Below, in pieces: positions 20,193-29,924 of a stretch of 64,000 nt of DNA. The notes beneath the pieces are model-generated. The model saw nothing but the letters and a program-made list of their open reading frames with translations, was not told the origin of the DNA and searched no databases. The DNA comes from Rickettsia sp. (GTDB lineage Bacteria > Pseudomonadota > Alphaproteobacteria > Rickettsiales > Rickettsiaceae). Made by a program: the position numbers and the translations under genes. The stretch covers positions 216,571 through 280,570 of the forward strand of contig JADHZC010000011.1 of NCBI GenBank assembly GCA_015657545.1, given 5' to 3'. Within the stretch, counting starts at the first letter, position 1; every line of letters begins with the position of its first letter.

Positions 20193-20935
20193 TTTATATC
20201 CATTTTCTTATTTTCTAAATATTTGATAATTTTTATAGAAATTTCATACAAAAAAATCATAGGTAAAGCCAAACAAAATTGACTTAAAATATCTGGCGGA
20301 GTCAAAAAAGCTCCAATAACAAAACTAGAAACAACAGCTAATTTTCTAAATTTGATCAAAGATAGAGAATTCACAAAATTTAGAATGCTCAGAATAATGA
20401 TTATTATTGGTAATTGAAACACCATGCCAAATGCAAAAATAAATTGAATTACTAAATTCACATATTCACCAATTTTGGCCTGCAAAACAAGAGGAATATT
20501 ATATTGTAGATTTTCAAAACTTAAAAAAAAATACCATACTTTAGGCATTACAAAGAAGAACACAAAAAAAAACCCCATCAAAAATAGAAAAGGAGATAAA
20601 ATGAGGATTATAATAGCAATTTTTTTTTCTCTAGTAAATAAAGCTGGAGAAATAAAGCAATAAATATGCCAATTAATTATAGGTATAATTAATAAGAACG
20701 CAAAAAATCCTGACAATTTTAAATAACTAAAAAAAGCTTCAGCAAGACCTGTATATATTATATTTTCAACATTACTAAAAAAGTCACTTGATAAAGGGGA
20801 AAGAGTAAAAATATATAACTTTTCTTTGTAAAAATACAATAGTACGAAGAAAAATATGTAAAAAAAAATTATGAACCTTAATCTGCGTTTAATTTCTCCT
20901 AAATGAGAAGTAAAAGCTTGTTTTTCACTTTTCAT
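20186..20935 (-). CDS. tatC: Sec-independent translocase subunit TatC
   Basis: Six-TM ORF with HLGEIKRRL at the N-terminus and ...FLTPPDILSQ. Overlaps serS by 7 nt. Confidence 0.9.
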   Translation of the reverse strand: MKSEKQAFTSHLGEIKRRLRFIIFFYIFFFVLLYFYKEKLYIFTLSPLSSDFFSNVENIIYTGLAEAFFSYLKLSGFFAFLLIIPIINWHIYCFISPALFTREKKIAIIILILSPFLFLMGFFFVFFFVMPKVWYFFLSFENLQYNIPLVLQAKIGEYVNLVIQFIFAFGMVFQLPIIIIILSILNFVNSLSLIKFRKLAVVSSFVIGAFLTPPDILSQFCLALPMIFLYEISIKIIKYLENKKMDIKC

Positions 20936-21518
20936 TTTTACTAAAGAAATCCAAATTTTTAATTTTTTCTATGATATAATCAGGAACATAAATTATAAGA
21001 CCTTTCATATAAAAGTCTAACAAAGAAAAAACCTGGGCTTCTTTTAAAATCACTGGATAAGACTTTTCATCTAAACAAGATATTTTGTCTTTTATATATT
21101 CTGTTTTGTATAGATTGAAATAGAATATTACAAAAATAGTAAAAGCAACCAACAATAATATACAACCCTTAGTAAATCCTATGCAGGCTCCTAAAAAATT
21201 ATTCATAAATCCAAGACGAAAATTATCTATAACTGGTTTCATAGCCGATTTTGTCATAACGTTAAAAATTACAAATACAATATATAATAATATTAAATTA
21301 AACAAAAATAACATAAAATCACTTTCTATATATAATCTTAAAAAATTTTTACAATAAGGGTACATTAAAGTTAATAAAATTAAAGAGACAAAAAACACAA
21401 GATTATCAAACAAGGTTCTTACAAATCCAAAATAAAAACCTGATAAAGTATAAATAGATATCAAAAAAAAACTTACAATATCTAAAATGTGATAATTATT
21501 TAATATGTCTAAATTCAT
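20925..21518 (-). CDS. cvpA: CvpA-family membrane protein
   Basis: The N-terminus ...ILDIVSFFLISIYTLSGFYFGFVRTLFD fits the CvpA pattern (G..rGfvre). Four TM segments, about 195 aa. Confidence 0.6.
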   Translation of the reverse strand: MNLDILNNYHILDIVSFFLISIYTLSGFYFGFVRTLFDNLVFFVSLILLTLMYPYCKNFLRLYIESDFMLFLFNLILLYIVFVIFNVMTKSAMKPVIDNFRLGFMNNFLGACIGFTKGCILLLVAFTIFVIFYFNLYKTEYIKDKISCLDEKSYPVILKEAQVFSLLDFYMKGLIIYVPDYIIEKIKNLDFFSKNEK

Positions 21519-22096
21519 AATTTTAATATAATTTTATTTGTAATCACAAAATGAAATTTAAAGTCCCAAGAATTTTGTATAAAATTTTCAATCAAAAATT
21601 GATGAAAGCACACGCCTATGGAAAAAAAATTAGCTTTTTGGTTGCTGATTCTTGATAAATACTGATCATAATATCCATGACCGAAACCAATGCGATATCC
21701 GTCAATACTAAAAGCAACTCCAGGCACTATCATTACATCTGGCATTAATTCTTCATTACTAATTGGTTCTAAAATGCCCAAATCCCCTTTGGTTAAATTA
21801 TTTTGATCCAAATTCCATGAAATCATCTTGATAAATTTTCTATCATAAATCTTAGGTAGAGCTATTTTCCAAGACATATTAAACATAATTTTCGTAAGAT
21901 CAGGTTCTCCTTGTAATGAACAATACATACCCAATAATTTTTTTTTACCTTCTTTATAAAAGCCACTTTCTATAGATTTTAAGACTGCAATCAAATTCTG
22001 ATTTAACAATAAATTCGATTTCACATAATCAAATTTATCAGATTTTTTTCGCATCTTTTTTGTCTCAGTTCTTATAAAGTTTTTACTAGAAAACAT
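21515..22096 (-). CDS. 5-formyltetrahydrofolate cyclo-ligase
   Basis: VPGVAFSIDGYRIGFGHGYYDQYL is the MTHFS/YgfA signature (G.G.GYYD). About 190 aa. Confidence 0.8.
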   Translation of the reverse strand: MFSSKNFIRTETKKMRKKSDKFDYVKSNLLLNQNLIAVLKSIESGFYKEGKKKLLGMYCSLQGEPDLTKIMFNMSWKIALPKIYDRKFIKMISWNLDQNNLTKGDLGILEPISNEELMPDVMIVPGVAFSIDGYRIGFGHGYYDQYLSRISNQKANFFSIGVCFHQFLIENFIQNSWDFKFHFVITNKIILKL

Positions 22097-22190
22097 TTAA
22101 AATATCTGTAATATTTTATTATAACATATCTTTATTGCTAGTAAATAAACTGAAAATGCATTTTGTTACTTAATGAATGAATAATTTGTG

Positions 22191-23027
22191 TCAAATTATT
22201 TCTAAAAATTTAACAAAGAAATTTTTTAAATAGTAAAAAATACCAGAATTACTCATGGCAGTAAAAGTTTCTGCAGCAATCAGTAAAATAATTACCATTT
22301 CAAGTCTAGCAGATTGTATATGATTAAGCTCATTAGATAAAGCCTGATAAACTTCATATATAATATCTACCCTTCTATTTAAAGTATCTTGGCGAATTTT
22401 AATATCTTCAAATTCAGCGATTTTAAGATATAATTCCTCATAAATTGGCCTTTTCCAAAAAAATTCTGGTAAATCTAAAACATCACTATATAAATTAATT
22501 AAATATCTGGCTCCAAATAAAACTCCTAATTTCTGAGATATTTCCTTCTTAGAAAGGGATATCTTTCCTGTTTTTGAAAGATTTAAATATATAGATTTTG
22601 TGTTATTTAAAAGGTCAAGCACTAAAATCTCTAGCATTTCTAATTTAACTGATTGAGCCAATGCGTAAGAGATAGATAATTTTGTAAAACTATAATCATC
22701 TTTTAAAATCAACATGTTGTTTTGAGCATCAACATAAGTGGATTCATTGTTTTTCTTATAATTAAAGGAAATAAAATCATAGATGTATTTTTTTTCTAAA
22801 TCTATAGCAAAATCCTTGATTTGGTCAATAATGAATTGTTCTTTTTCCTTTTCTTCTATCCCCCACATAACAATAGATCCAAATTTAAATATGAAAACTT
22901 CTGTAGAACCTATAAAAGTACATATGGAATCTTCATAAGAAGAAAATTTATAATTTTTATCTTTTAAATAAAAAATATAACTCTCAAAATCAATTTCTTT
23001 TGATATACAGTAAAAACTACATCTCAT
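22191..23027 (-). CDS. RMD1/DUF155 (YagE)-family protein
   Basis: EVFIFKFGSIVMWGIEEKE, LSISYALAQSVKLEMLE, KTGKISLSKKEISQKLGVLF, DVLDLPEFFWKRP, and a C-terminal LEMVIILLIAAE TM closely track the DUF155 consensus as I remember it. Confidence 0.65.
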   Translation of the reverse strand: MRCSFYCISKEIDFESYIFYLKDKNYKFSSYEDSICTFIGSTEVFIFKFGSIVMWGIEEKEKEQFIIDQIKDFAIDLEKKYIYDFISFNYKKNNESTYVDAQNNMLILKDDYSFTKLSISYALAQSVKLEMLEILVLDLLNNTKSIYLNLSKTGKISLSKKEISQKLGVLFGARYLINLYSDVLDLPEFFWKRPIYEELYLKIAEFEDIKIRQDTLNRRVDIIYEVYQALSNELNHIQSARLEMVIILLIAAETFTAMSNSGIFYYLKNFFVKFLEII

Positions 23028-23145
23028 TTATTTAATATTCAATAAATTCTAATATCTGATACTAAAACAAAAAAATAAAATATAATCAATAAAAATTTTT
23101 TACAAAGGAGATGTTAAATAAATATATATAGCTAATCCTATGTGT

Positions 23146-23616
23146 CTATAAATTTCTTTCTTTTCCCTTTTTGTGATGTTCGTAAAGCTTTTCTTTATTG
23201 ATAGCAGAATTTAATTCAGCTTCAACAACATGAACATATTTAACCCCATTTTTTTTAAAAATAATTCCTACTTTTTCAACTATATCTTTATCTTCTTTGG
23301 AAAAAAAATTTCTTACATATTCAATAATATCAGTTAAGAATTGCCAAGAGATTTTGAGTTTTTCTTTAGAATTTAATTTATCTAAATCTGCTTTTTTTTT
23401 GTGTAACAATTGAGATTTTGTAAAATAAGTACTATTTTCTAGATCTTTAAACGAATTTTTTGAATTATTTTTACGAAATATTTTCGTATCCCAAAATATA
23501 AATATCAATACCAAAAAAATCGCTGCTAGAAAAATATAGTCTATGTTTTCTAACACAAGAAATTTAATTTTTTCTCCAAAATGTTGAAAAGAAGCTAAGC
23601 TATTTTGCATAATCAA
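23146..23616 (-). CDS. Hypothetical single-pass membrane protein
   Basis: 156-aa ORF with one N-terminal TM (IFLAAIFLVLIFIFW) and a charged C-terminus. No motif recognised. Confidence 0.4.
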   Translation of the reverse strand: MIMQNSLASFQHFGEKIKFLVLENIDYIFLAAIFLVLIFIFWDTKIFRKNNSKNSFKDLENSTYFTKSQLLHKKKADLDKLNSKEKLKISWQFLTDIIEYVRNFFSKEDKDIVEKVGIIFKKNGVKYVHVVEAELNSAINKEKLYEHHKKGKERNL

Positions 23617-23688
23617 TATATCCTTTACTTAATTTTATAATCTTCTCTATAATAGTAACATATTAATTATTAATTTTTAATTATGTAA

Positions 23689-24672
23689 ATGTTTTTCAAA
23701 TTTATAAAAATTTTCCTGCTTGCAATATTAACAATAAATTTATCTGTTGAAAAAATAGACAAAATTACAGATATAAAAACGCTTTCTTGTAAAAATATAG
23801 TGATCTTGGTTTCAGAAAATGAATCCGCAAGGTCAATTTCTAAAATATTGGAAAAACATGGTATTATATCTTGTCCAAAATTATTTGTTTTACTAAATTA
23901 TATTTCAAATAAGTTATTAGGATCAAAACTAAAAACTGGAGAATATTGTTTTTTAAAAGGAGAAGGAAGTATCAAATCTCTTAAAAAGATTTATAAAGGA
24001 AAATCCTTGATAAGAAAAATTACAATTCCAGAAGGTTTTTCTGTACTGAATATATTAACAATATTAAACGAAAATCCTTATCTAAAAGGAGAAATCGAAG
24101 AAAATATAGAAGAAGGTTCTCTTTTTCCATCCACATATTATTATTTTTATGGCACAAAAAGACAATCTCTAATAGACCAAATGAAATCCAAAATGGATGA
24201 TCTTTTAGAAAATTTAGAAAAATCATTAAACAAAAATCTTCCTATCAAAAGTAAAAGAGAGATATTAATTCTTGCGTCTATTATAGAAAGAGAATCAAAA
24301 TATGAAAAAGATAAGCCTCAAATTGCTTCTATATTAATTAAGAGATTAAAATTAAATATGAGATTACAAGTAGATTCTACATTAACATATTTTCTTTCTG
24401 AAGGAAGATATAATATAACTCGTAACCTTAATTTTCAAGATTTAAAAATAGAATCTAAATTTAACAGTTATAAATATTATGGATTACCTCCAACAGCAAT
24501 TTCTTGTCCAGGATTATTATCATTAAAATCTGTACTAAACCCTCCCGAAACTGATTTTTTATATTTTCTTTCTACTCCAGAAGGGGAGATGATATATAAT
24601 AAAGATTTCCAGAACCACGTAAGATCAAAAAATTTACAAAAATATCTTTCTCAAAAAAAATTTGAAAAATAA
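23689..24672 (+). CDS. mltG: Endolytic murein transglycosylase MltG (YceG-like)
   Basis: N-terminal TM, FPSTYYYFYG, ILASIIERESKYEKDKPQIASILIKRL and YNSYKYYGLPPTAISCPG. Confidence 0.85.
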   Translation: MFFKFIKIFLLAILTINLSVEKIDKITDIKTLSCKNIVILVSENESARSISKILEKHGIISCPKLFVLLNYISNKLLGSKLKTGEYCFLKGEGSIKSLKKIYKGKSLIRKITIPEGFSVLNILTILNENPYLKGEIEENIEEGSLFPSTYYYFYGTKRQSLIDQMKSKMDDLLENLEKSLNKNLPIKSKREILILASIIERESKYEKDKPQIASILIKRLKLNMRLQVDSTLTYFLSEGRYNITRNLNFQDLKIESKFNSYKYYGLPPTAISCPGLLSLKSVLNPPETDFLYFLSTPEGEMIYNKDFQNHVRSKNLQKYLSQKKFEK

Positions 24673-24757
24673 ATTATAATTTCATTGCTAAATTAACTAA
24701 GTTTTATATAATTTTGAATTTGGACTATAAATACTTACAATCACTTAATTTTTTGTT

Positions 24758-25816
24758 ATGAAAAATTTACATATATTAGAATATATTTGGTTAGATGGAT
24801 CTGAACCTTTATCACAATTAAGATCTCAAACAAAAATATCAAATTTACCTAAAAATCCTAATATTACAGATTTTCCTGAAACACATTTTGATGGTTCTTC
24901 TACTAATCAATCTAATATTGAAAATTCAGATTGTATCCTAAAACCAGTTAATTTCATAAAAAATCCTTTAATATCAGAAGGTAACGGATATTTAATCTTA
25001 TGTGAGGTATTAGATTCAAATCACAAATATCATATTTCCAATAATCGTTATAAATTAAGGAAATTTTTAGATGAATATTCCAAAAAATTGGATCCTTGGG
25101 TAGGTTTTGAACAGGAATACGTAATAATTAAAGATAAAAGACCTGTTGGATGGCCGTCTACCGGATTTCCAGAACCTCAAGGACCATATTATTGCGGTGT
25201 TGGTAAAGACAATACAGCTGGTCAAGAGATTGCTCATTTGCATATGAAATACTGTCTTGAATCTGGCATTATTTATCATGGAATGAATTCTGAAGTAATG
25301 CTAGGCCAGTGGGAATTCCAAATAGGTTATAGAGGGCGAGAGGGAGAAAGAGTAGATCCTTTAAATATATGTGATCATTTATGGTTTGCTCGTTGGCTAC
25401 TTTTTAAGGCTGGAGAATGTTTTGATAGTCATATTTCTTTTAAAAGTAAATATATCAAAAGCAGTGATTGGAATGGTTCTGGGTTACACACTAATTTTTC
25501 TACAAAACAAACAAGATCAAAAGAAGGCTTTACTGAATTTAAAGATTTAATATTGAAATCACTTTTAGCCACTCATAAAGAGGATCTTAAATATTTTGGT
25601 TGTGACTTAGCTGATAGACTAACTGGTAAAAATGAAACTTCTAATATAGATAATTTTTCTTATGAAAATCCTTCAAATAGAAATAGTTCTGTTCGTATTC
25701 CTCCATCTACTTTAAAGAACAAAAGTGGTTATTTAGAAGATAGAAGGCCAGGAGCTGATGCTGATCCATATTCTGTATGTTTAGCTATATTTTCTAGCAT
25801 AAGTAAAAATTTATAA
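24758..25816 (+). CDS. glnII: Glutamine synthetase, type II (eukaryote-like GSII)
   Basis: EYIWLDG..LRSQTK, HFDGSSTNQ, PWVGFEQEY, PQGPYYCGVG, MLGQWEFQIG, DWNGSGLHTNFST and GYLEDRRPGADADPY carry the GSII signatures. 352 aa. Confidence 0.9.
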   Translation: MKNLHILEYIWLDGSEPLSQLRSQTKISNLPKNPNITDFPETHFDGSSTNQSNIENSDCILKPVNFIKNPLISEGNGYLILCEVLDSNHKYHISNNRYKLRKFLDEYSKKLDPWVGFEQEYVIIKDKRPVGWPSTGFPEPQGPYYCGVGKDNTAGQEIAHLHMKYCLESGIIYHGMNSEVMLGQWEFQIGYRGREGERVDPLNICDHLWFARWLLFKAGECFDSHISFKSKYIKSSDWNGSGLHTNFSTKQTRSKEGFTEFKDLILKSLLATHKEDLKYFGCDLADRLTGKNETSNIDNFSYENPSNRNSSVRIPPSTLKNKSGYLEDRRPGADADPYSVCLAIFSSISKNL

Positions 25817-25853
25817 AAAATAATTAGCTAATAAATGATATTAATGGTAATAT

Positions 25854-28451
25854 GTGAAAGAATTTTCTGAACCTAGTAATTCAGTATGGATAAATGCTTC
25901 TGCTGGAAATGGCAAAACAAAAATTCTCACAGATCGTGTATTAAGACTCATTCTCAGTTCTAATAATTTTTCTAAGATATTATGCATAACTTTCACGCAA
26001 AATGCAGCTTCTGAAATAGAAAGCAGGATTTTAGCAAAAATTTTAGCTTGGTCTTCGCAAGATTTAAAAGAAATAGAGCAAGATATAGAAAAAAATTTTA
26101 AATATACCCCCTCAAAACAAGAAATAAAGAGAGCAAAAGACTTGTATCTAGAATATCTAAATAGTGCAACCAAACTCAATATACAAACCATACATAGTTT
26201 TTGCCAAAAAATGCTTTCTCTTTTCACTCTAGAAACGAATATAAGCTATGAATTTAAGATAATTTCTGAATATCAAAAAACAGAAGTCATAAAAAAAGTA
26301 AAGAAAAAATTATTCTTATCTAAAGACTACAAGAACATTGGAAAATATATATTCAGTAACATACATGAAACTCAGATAGATAAAATGCTTCTAGAAGCAA
26401 TAGAAAAAATATATTTATTTCAAAATATTGAATCCTCTAGTGACAAAGATACCACAAAATTAATAGGTGAAAAATTCGAAATAACATCTTCATTTGATTA
26501 TCAAAAAAAAAAACTGATTGAAGACAAAATTTTGAATAAATATATTAATAATATAGATATAGAAGAAATACACTCATTGTTTTTAACAAAATCAGGGGAA
26601 AAGAAATATATTTCTGAAAAAAAATTCAATGCTGATACATGTTATATAAAAGAATTACAAGAAAAATTTTTTCAACTTGAAAATGCATTACAAAATAAAT
26701 TGTTTTTAATTCATTCCAAAATTATAAAAATCTTTTTAGAATCTTTTATAAAATTATACGAAAAAGAAAAAAATAACCTCGGATTCCTAGATTACCAAGA
26801 TTTAATCATCAAAACTCTAGATTTACTCAATAAACCCAATATAAAGGATTGGATGTTATATAAATTAGACAATTTTATAGACCATATTTTAGTAGATGAA
26901 GCTCAAGATACTAACCCATATCAATGGCAAATCATAGATAGTTTAATTAGAGAATATTATTCGAATTATAATTATAATAATCAATCAGAAAAAAAATCAA
27001 TTTTCATAGTAGGAGACTTAAAGCAATCAATATTCAGCTTTCAATCAGTAGATTTAAATTATTATCTTCAATTTATAAAAACTTTAGAAAAAAATTTCAT
27101 ATCAGCAAATTGTAAATTTATATCTCAAGAATTATTTACGTCATATCGTTCTGCAAAAGAAATTAACAATTTTGTTTTTGCAGTGTTTAGTAATATACAA
27201 GAGAAATATCCTGATATTGCTTTACCTATATCTGAAATCGAAAGTAAAAAATCTTTTGAGGGTAAAATAGAAATTTGGCCATTATATAAAAATCAAAAAG
27301 ACATTATTAAATCTTTGTCAATTGTAGGAAATGATAATATAGAAAAATTAACTGAAGAAAAATTCCTCTCTTTAGCAAATGATATTTATAATTTCATAGA
27401 AGATAAGATTAATTCTAAAATTACTCTAAAATCTCAAAACAGGATTGTAGAAGAATCTGATTTTTTAATATTATGTAGAAAAAGAAGTCAGCTAACAGAA
27501 GCTCTACAAAAAAGATTTTCTAAATCTAAAATAAAATTATCTAGTTTTGGAAAGACTAAAATAAAAGAAAATATTATAGGACAAGACTTCATGTCAATAG
27601 CAAAGTTCTTACTCAATCCATATGATGAACTAAATCTAGCATCAGTGCTAAAAATACCTTCAATAAACTTAACAGAGGATGAGCTACAAAAATTAATATT
27701 ATGTAAAACAGAAAATTTGTCATTATGGGAATGCATTAAAAATAACTATTACAATTCTAATGAGCTGTCTGAATTATCCCAAAAAATACATAACCAATTA
27801 TCACAAATGATCAAACTTCATCAAGAATTTGAGTCAAATAATATTTTTCTATTCATAGCAGATAATTTAGGAATAAGAAAATTATACGAAAAGAAATTTG
27901 AGAAAAATAAATTAAATATAATAATAGACGAACTAATATATTTAAATTATGAATATATAAATAACCAAAACCAATCTTTAAATCAATTTGTAACTTGGAT
28001 TGAAAATGATAATCCTTCATTAAATATAGAAAATCCTATAGACAATAATGTAAAATTAATGACGATACATGCATCCAAGGGTTTAGAAGCGCCTATAGTA
28101 ATATTATGCGATGCACATAGCGTACCATCTAATACAATGAACTTATTTTACAAAGAAGGAGAATTATTCGTAAAGAATCCTGGCAAAAATTCTTTTTCTT
28201 CTTTACATCAAGAAATAGTGGAAAAAGAACATTTAAAAATGTTACAAGAATATATTCGCCTGTTATATGTAGCTCTTACTAGAGCATCTGAATATCTAGT
28301 GATATGCGATGTACAAAGCAATGTAAATTCTCAATATTCTTGGATAAAACTCATAAAGGAAAGTTTAAAAAATATTGATGATAAAATAAGTGATAAAAAA
28401 ATTATATTAGGAAGACAGAATGAAGTGATAAAATGTCAGAGCTTGAAATAA
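25854..28451 (+). CDS. addA: UvrD/AddA-like superfamily-1 helicase lacking a C-terminal nuclease domain
   Basis: Walker A ASAGNGKTKIL, VDEAQDTNPYQW, GDLKQSIFSFQ, MTIHASKGLEAPIV and LLYVALTRASEYL. The ORF ends about 55 aa after motif VI. GTG start. Confidence 0.7.
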   Translation: MKEFSEPSNSVWINASAGNGKTKILTDRVLRLILSSNNFSKILCITFTQNAASEIESRILAKILAWSSQDLKEIEQDIEKNFKYTPSKQEIKRAKDLYLEYLNSATKLNIQTIHSFCQKMLSLFTLETNISYEFKIISEYQKTEVIKKVKKKLFLSKDYKNIGKYIFSNIHETQIDKMLLEAIEKIYLFQNIESSSDKDTTKLIGEKFEITSSFDYQKKKLIEDKILNKYINNIDIEEIHSLFLTKSGEKKYISEKKFNADTCYIKELQEKFFQLENALQNKLFLIHSKIIKIFLESFIKLYEKEKNNLGFLDYQDLIIKTLDLLNKPNIKDWMLYKLDNFIDHILVDEAQDTNPYQWQIIDSLIREYYSNYNYNNQSEKKSIFIVGDLKQSIFSFQSVDLNYYLQFIKTLEKNFISANCKFISQELFTSYRSAKEINNFVFAVFSNIQEKYPDIALPISEIESKKSFEGKIEIWPLYKNQKDIIKSLSIVGNDNIEKLTEEKFLSLANDIYNFIEDKINSKITLKSQNRIVEESDFLILCRKRSQLTEALQKRFSKSKIKLSSFGKTKIKENIIGQDFMSIAKFLLNPYDELNLASVLKIPSINLTEDELQKLILCKTENLSLWECIKNNYYNSNELSELSQKIHNQLSQMIKLHQEFESNNIFLFIADNLGIRKLYEKKFEKNKLNIIIDELIYLNYEYINNQNQSLNQFVTWIENDNPSLNIENPIDNNVKLMTIHASKGLEAPIVILCDAHSVPSNTMNLFYKEGELFVKNPGKNSFSSLHQEIVEKEHLKMLQEYIRLLYVALTRASEYLVICDVQSNVNSQYSWIKLIKESLKNIDDKISDKKIILGRQNEVIKCQSLK

Positions 28452-29176
28452 TTTTAATAAAATTCTTATTAATACTAATTAGGGTAATTTCTGCTTTGGT
28501 GAATTTTCCTATTATTTCTAACAAATATTTATATAAAAAAGAAATAGTTGCGATAGCTTTCGTATTAACTTGTGTAATTTTTCCTTCAATAGAAAAACAA
28601 CTGTTGATAAATAGTACCAATCCAATATTGCTTACATATTATGCAGTTATAGAAATTTTAATTGGAATGATCATTTCAATATCCAGTAAAATTTTCTCTT
28701 TCGCAATTTACGTGGTTGATCATTTTATATCTAACCAATCTTCCTTAGGAATAGCATCTAATTTTGATCCAAGTCAAAAAATAAATATTTCTGTTTTTAG
28801 CAATTTCTTCATGTTGAATATAATTGTAGCGATTTTTGCGTTTGATTTAGAGCACATGTTTATCCTTTCGTTCATTAATAGTTATCAAAAATTTCCATTT
28901 GGTATGATTTTTCATATAGAAGATTTTACTAAATTTTTTGTTTTAGTACTTAGTGAAAGTTTTAAATTAGTTTTTCATATATCTGCTCCTTTTATTTTAA
29001 TTAATCTTTTTTCTTTATCTGCAAGTGCAATTTTATCTAGATTAATGCCTAATTTACAAATTTTCTTTATCATTTCTCCTGCTCAAATATTATTATTGAT
29101 TATTATATTATTGTTTGTTGTAAACAATTCTATATATAAAATCATTGAACAAATCCGATATTTTTTATTATACTAA
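28433..29176 (+). CDS. fliR: Flagellar type III export apparatus protein FliR
   Basis: 247-aa polytopic protein. The N-terminus ...FLLILIRVISALVNFPI fits the FliR/T3SS R-family. Overlaps the helicase gene by 19 nt. Confidence 0.75.
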   Translation: MSELEIILIKFLLILIRVISALVNFPIISNKYLYKKEIVAIAFVLTCVIFPSIEKQLLINSTNPILLTYYAVIEILIGMIISISSKIFSFAIYVVDHFISNQSSLGIASNFDPSQKINISVFSNFFMLNIIVAIFAFDLEHMFILSFINSYQKFPFGMIFHIEDFTKFFVLVLSESFKLVFHISAPFILINLFSLSASAILSRLMPNLQIFFIISPAQILLLIIILLFVVNNSIYKIIEQIRYFLLY

Positions 29177-29210
29177 TTATATATAATTTATTTTGTGGGT
29201 AGAAACTTAA

Positions 29211-29924
29211 GTGAGATTTAGAGATAAAGGAATAATTTTAAGCAAAAAATTATATGCAGAAAAATCTTATATTTTGAGAGTATTCACAGAAAATCACGGT
29301 ATATATTCAGCATTGTTATATGGGAAAAAGAATGCTAACATATTACATGAGGGATCACTAATAGACGTAATTTGGACAGCAAGACTAGAAGAGCATTTAG
29401 GAGTATTTAAATGTGATTTAATAAAATCATTTCTGGAAAGAATATATTTCGATCAATCAAAAATTTTAGCTCTGAGATCAGCATTAAATTTGACCAAGAT
29501 AGCTTTTAAGGAAAGGGAGCCTCAAATAAAATTTTTTCACATATTACATGAATTTCTAAATATCATCACAAAAATCCAAATCTACCCAATAGATTACATC
29601 TTTTTTGAAATAAATCTTCTAGAGGCTGCAGGTTATGGTATAGATACAACAAAATGTGTAGTTACTGGTAAAAAGGAAAATTTGAAATTTCTTTCGCCTA
29701 AATCTGGAAAAGCTGTTTGTAGGGAAATAGGTCAAGAATACAGCAAAAAACTATTTTTATTACCAGAATGCTTAATTTATCCCCCCCAAAAAAAACAAAT
29801 CTCTTTGCAAGAATTATTACAATCTCTGAAAATATTATCATATTTCATAAATAGATATGTATTCCCTAATGTAGATTCCTGCAGTTACAGAAAATTACTG
29901 TTTAACTCCTTTTTAAGTCAATAA
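29211..29924 (+). CDS. recO: DNA repair protein RecO
   Basis: N-terminal OB-fold pattern (RDKGIILSKKLYAEKSYILRVFTENHGIYS), about 237 aa, with a mid-protein Cys cluster (C.VTGK...). GTG start. Confidence 0.75.
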   Translation: MRFRDKGIILSKKLYAEKSYILRVFTENHGIYSALLYGKKNANILHEGSLIDVIWTARLEEHLGVFKCDLIKSFLERIYFDQSKILALRSALNLTKIAFKEREPQIKFFHILHEFLNIITKIQIYPIDYIFFEINLLEAAGYGIDTTKCVVTGKKENLKFLSPKSGKAVCREIGQEYSKKLFLLPECLIYPPQKKQISLQELLQSLKILSYFINRYVFPNVDSCSYRKLLFNSFLSQ

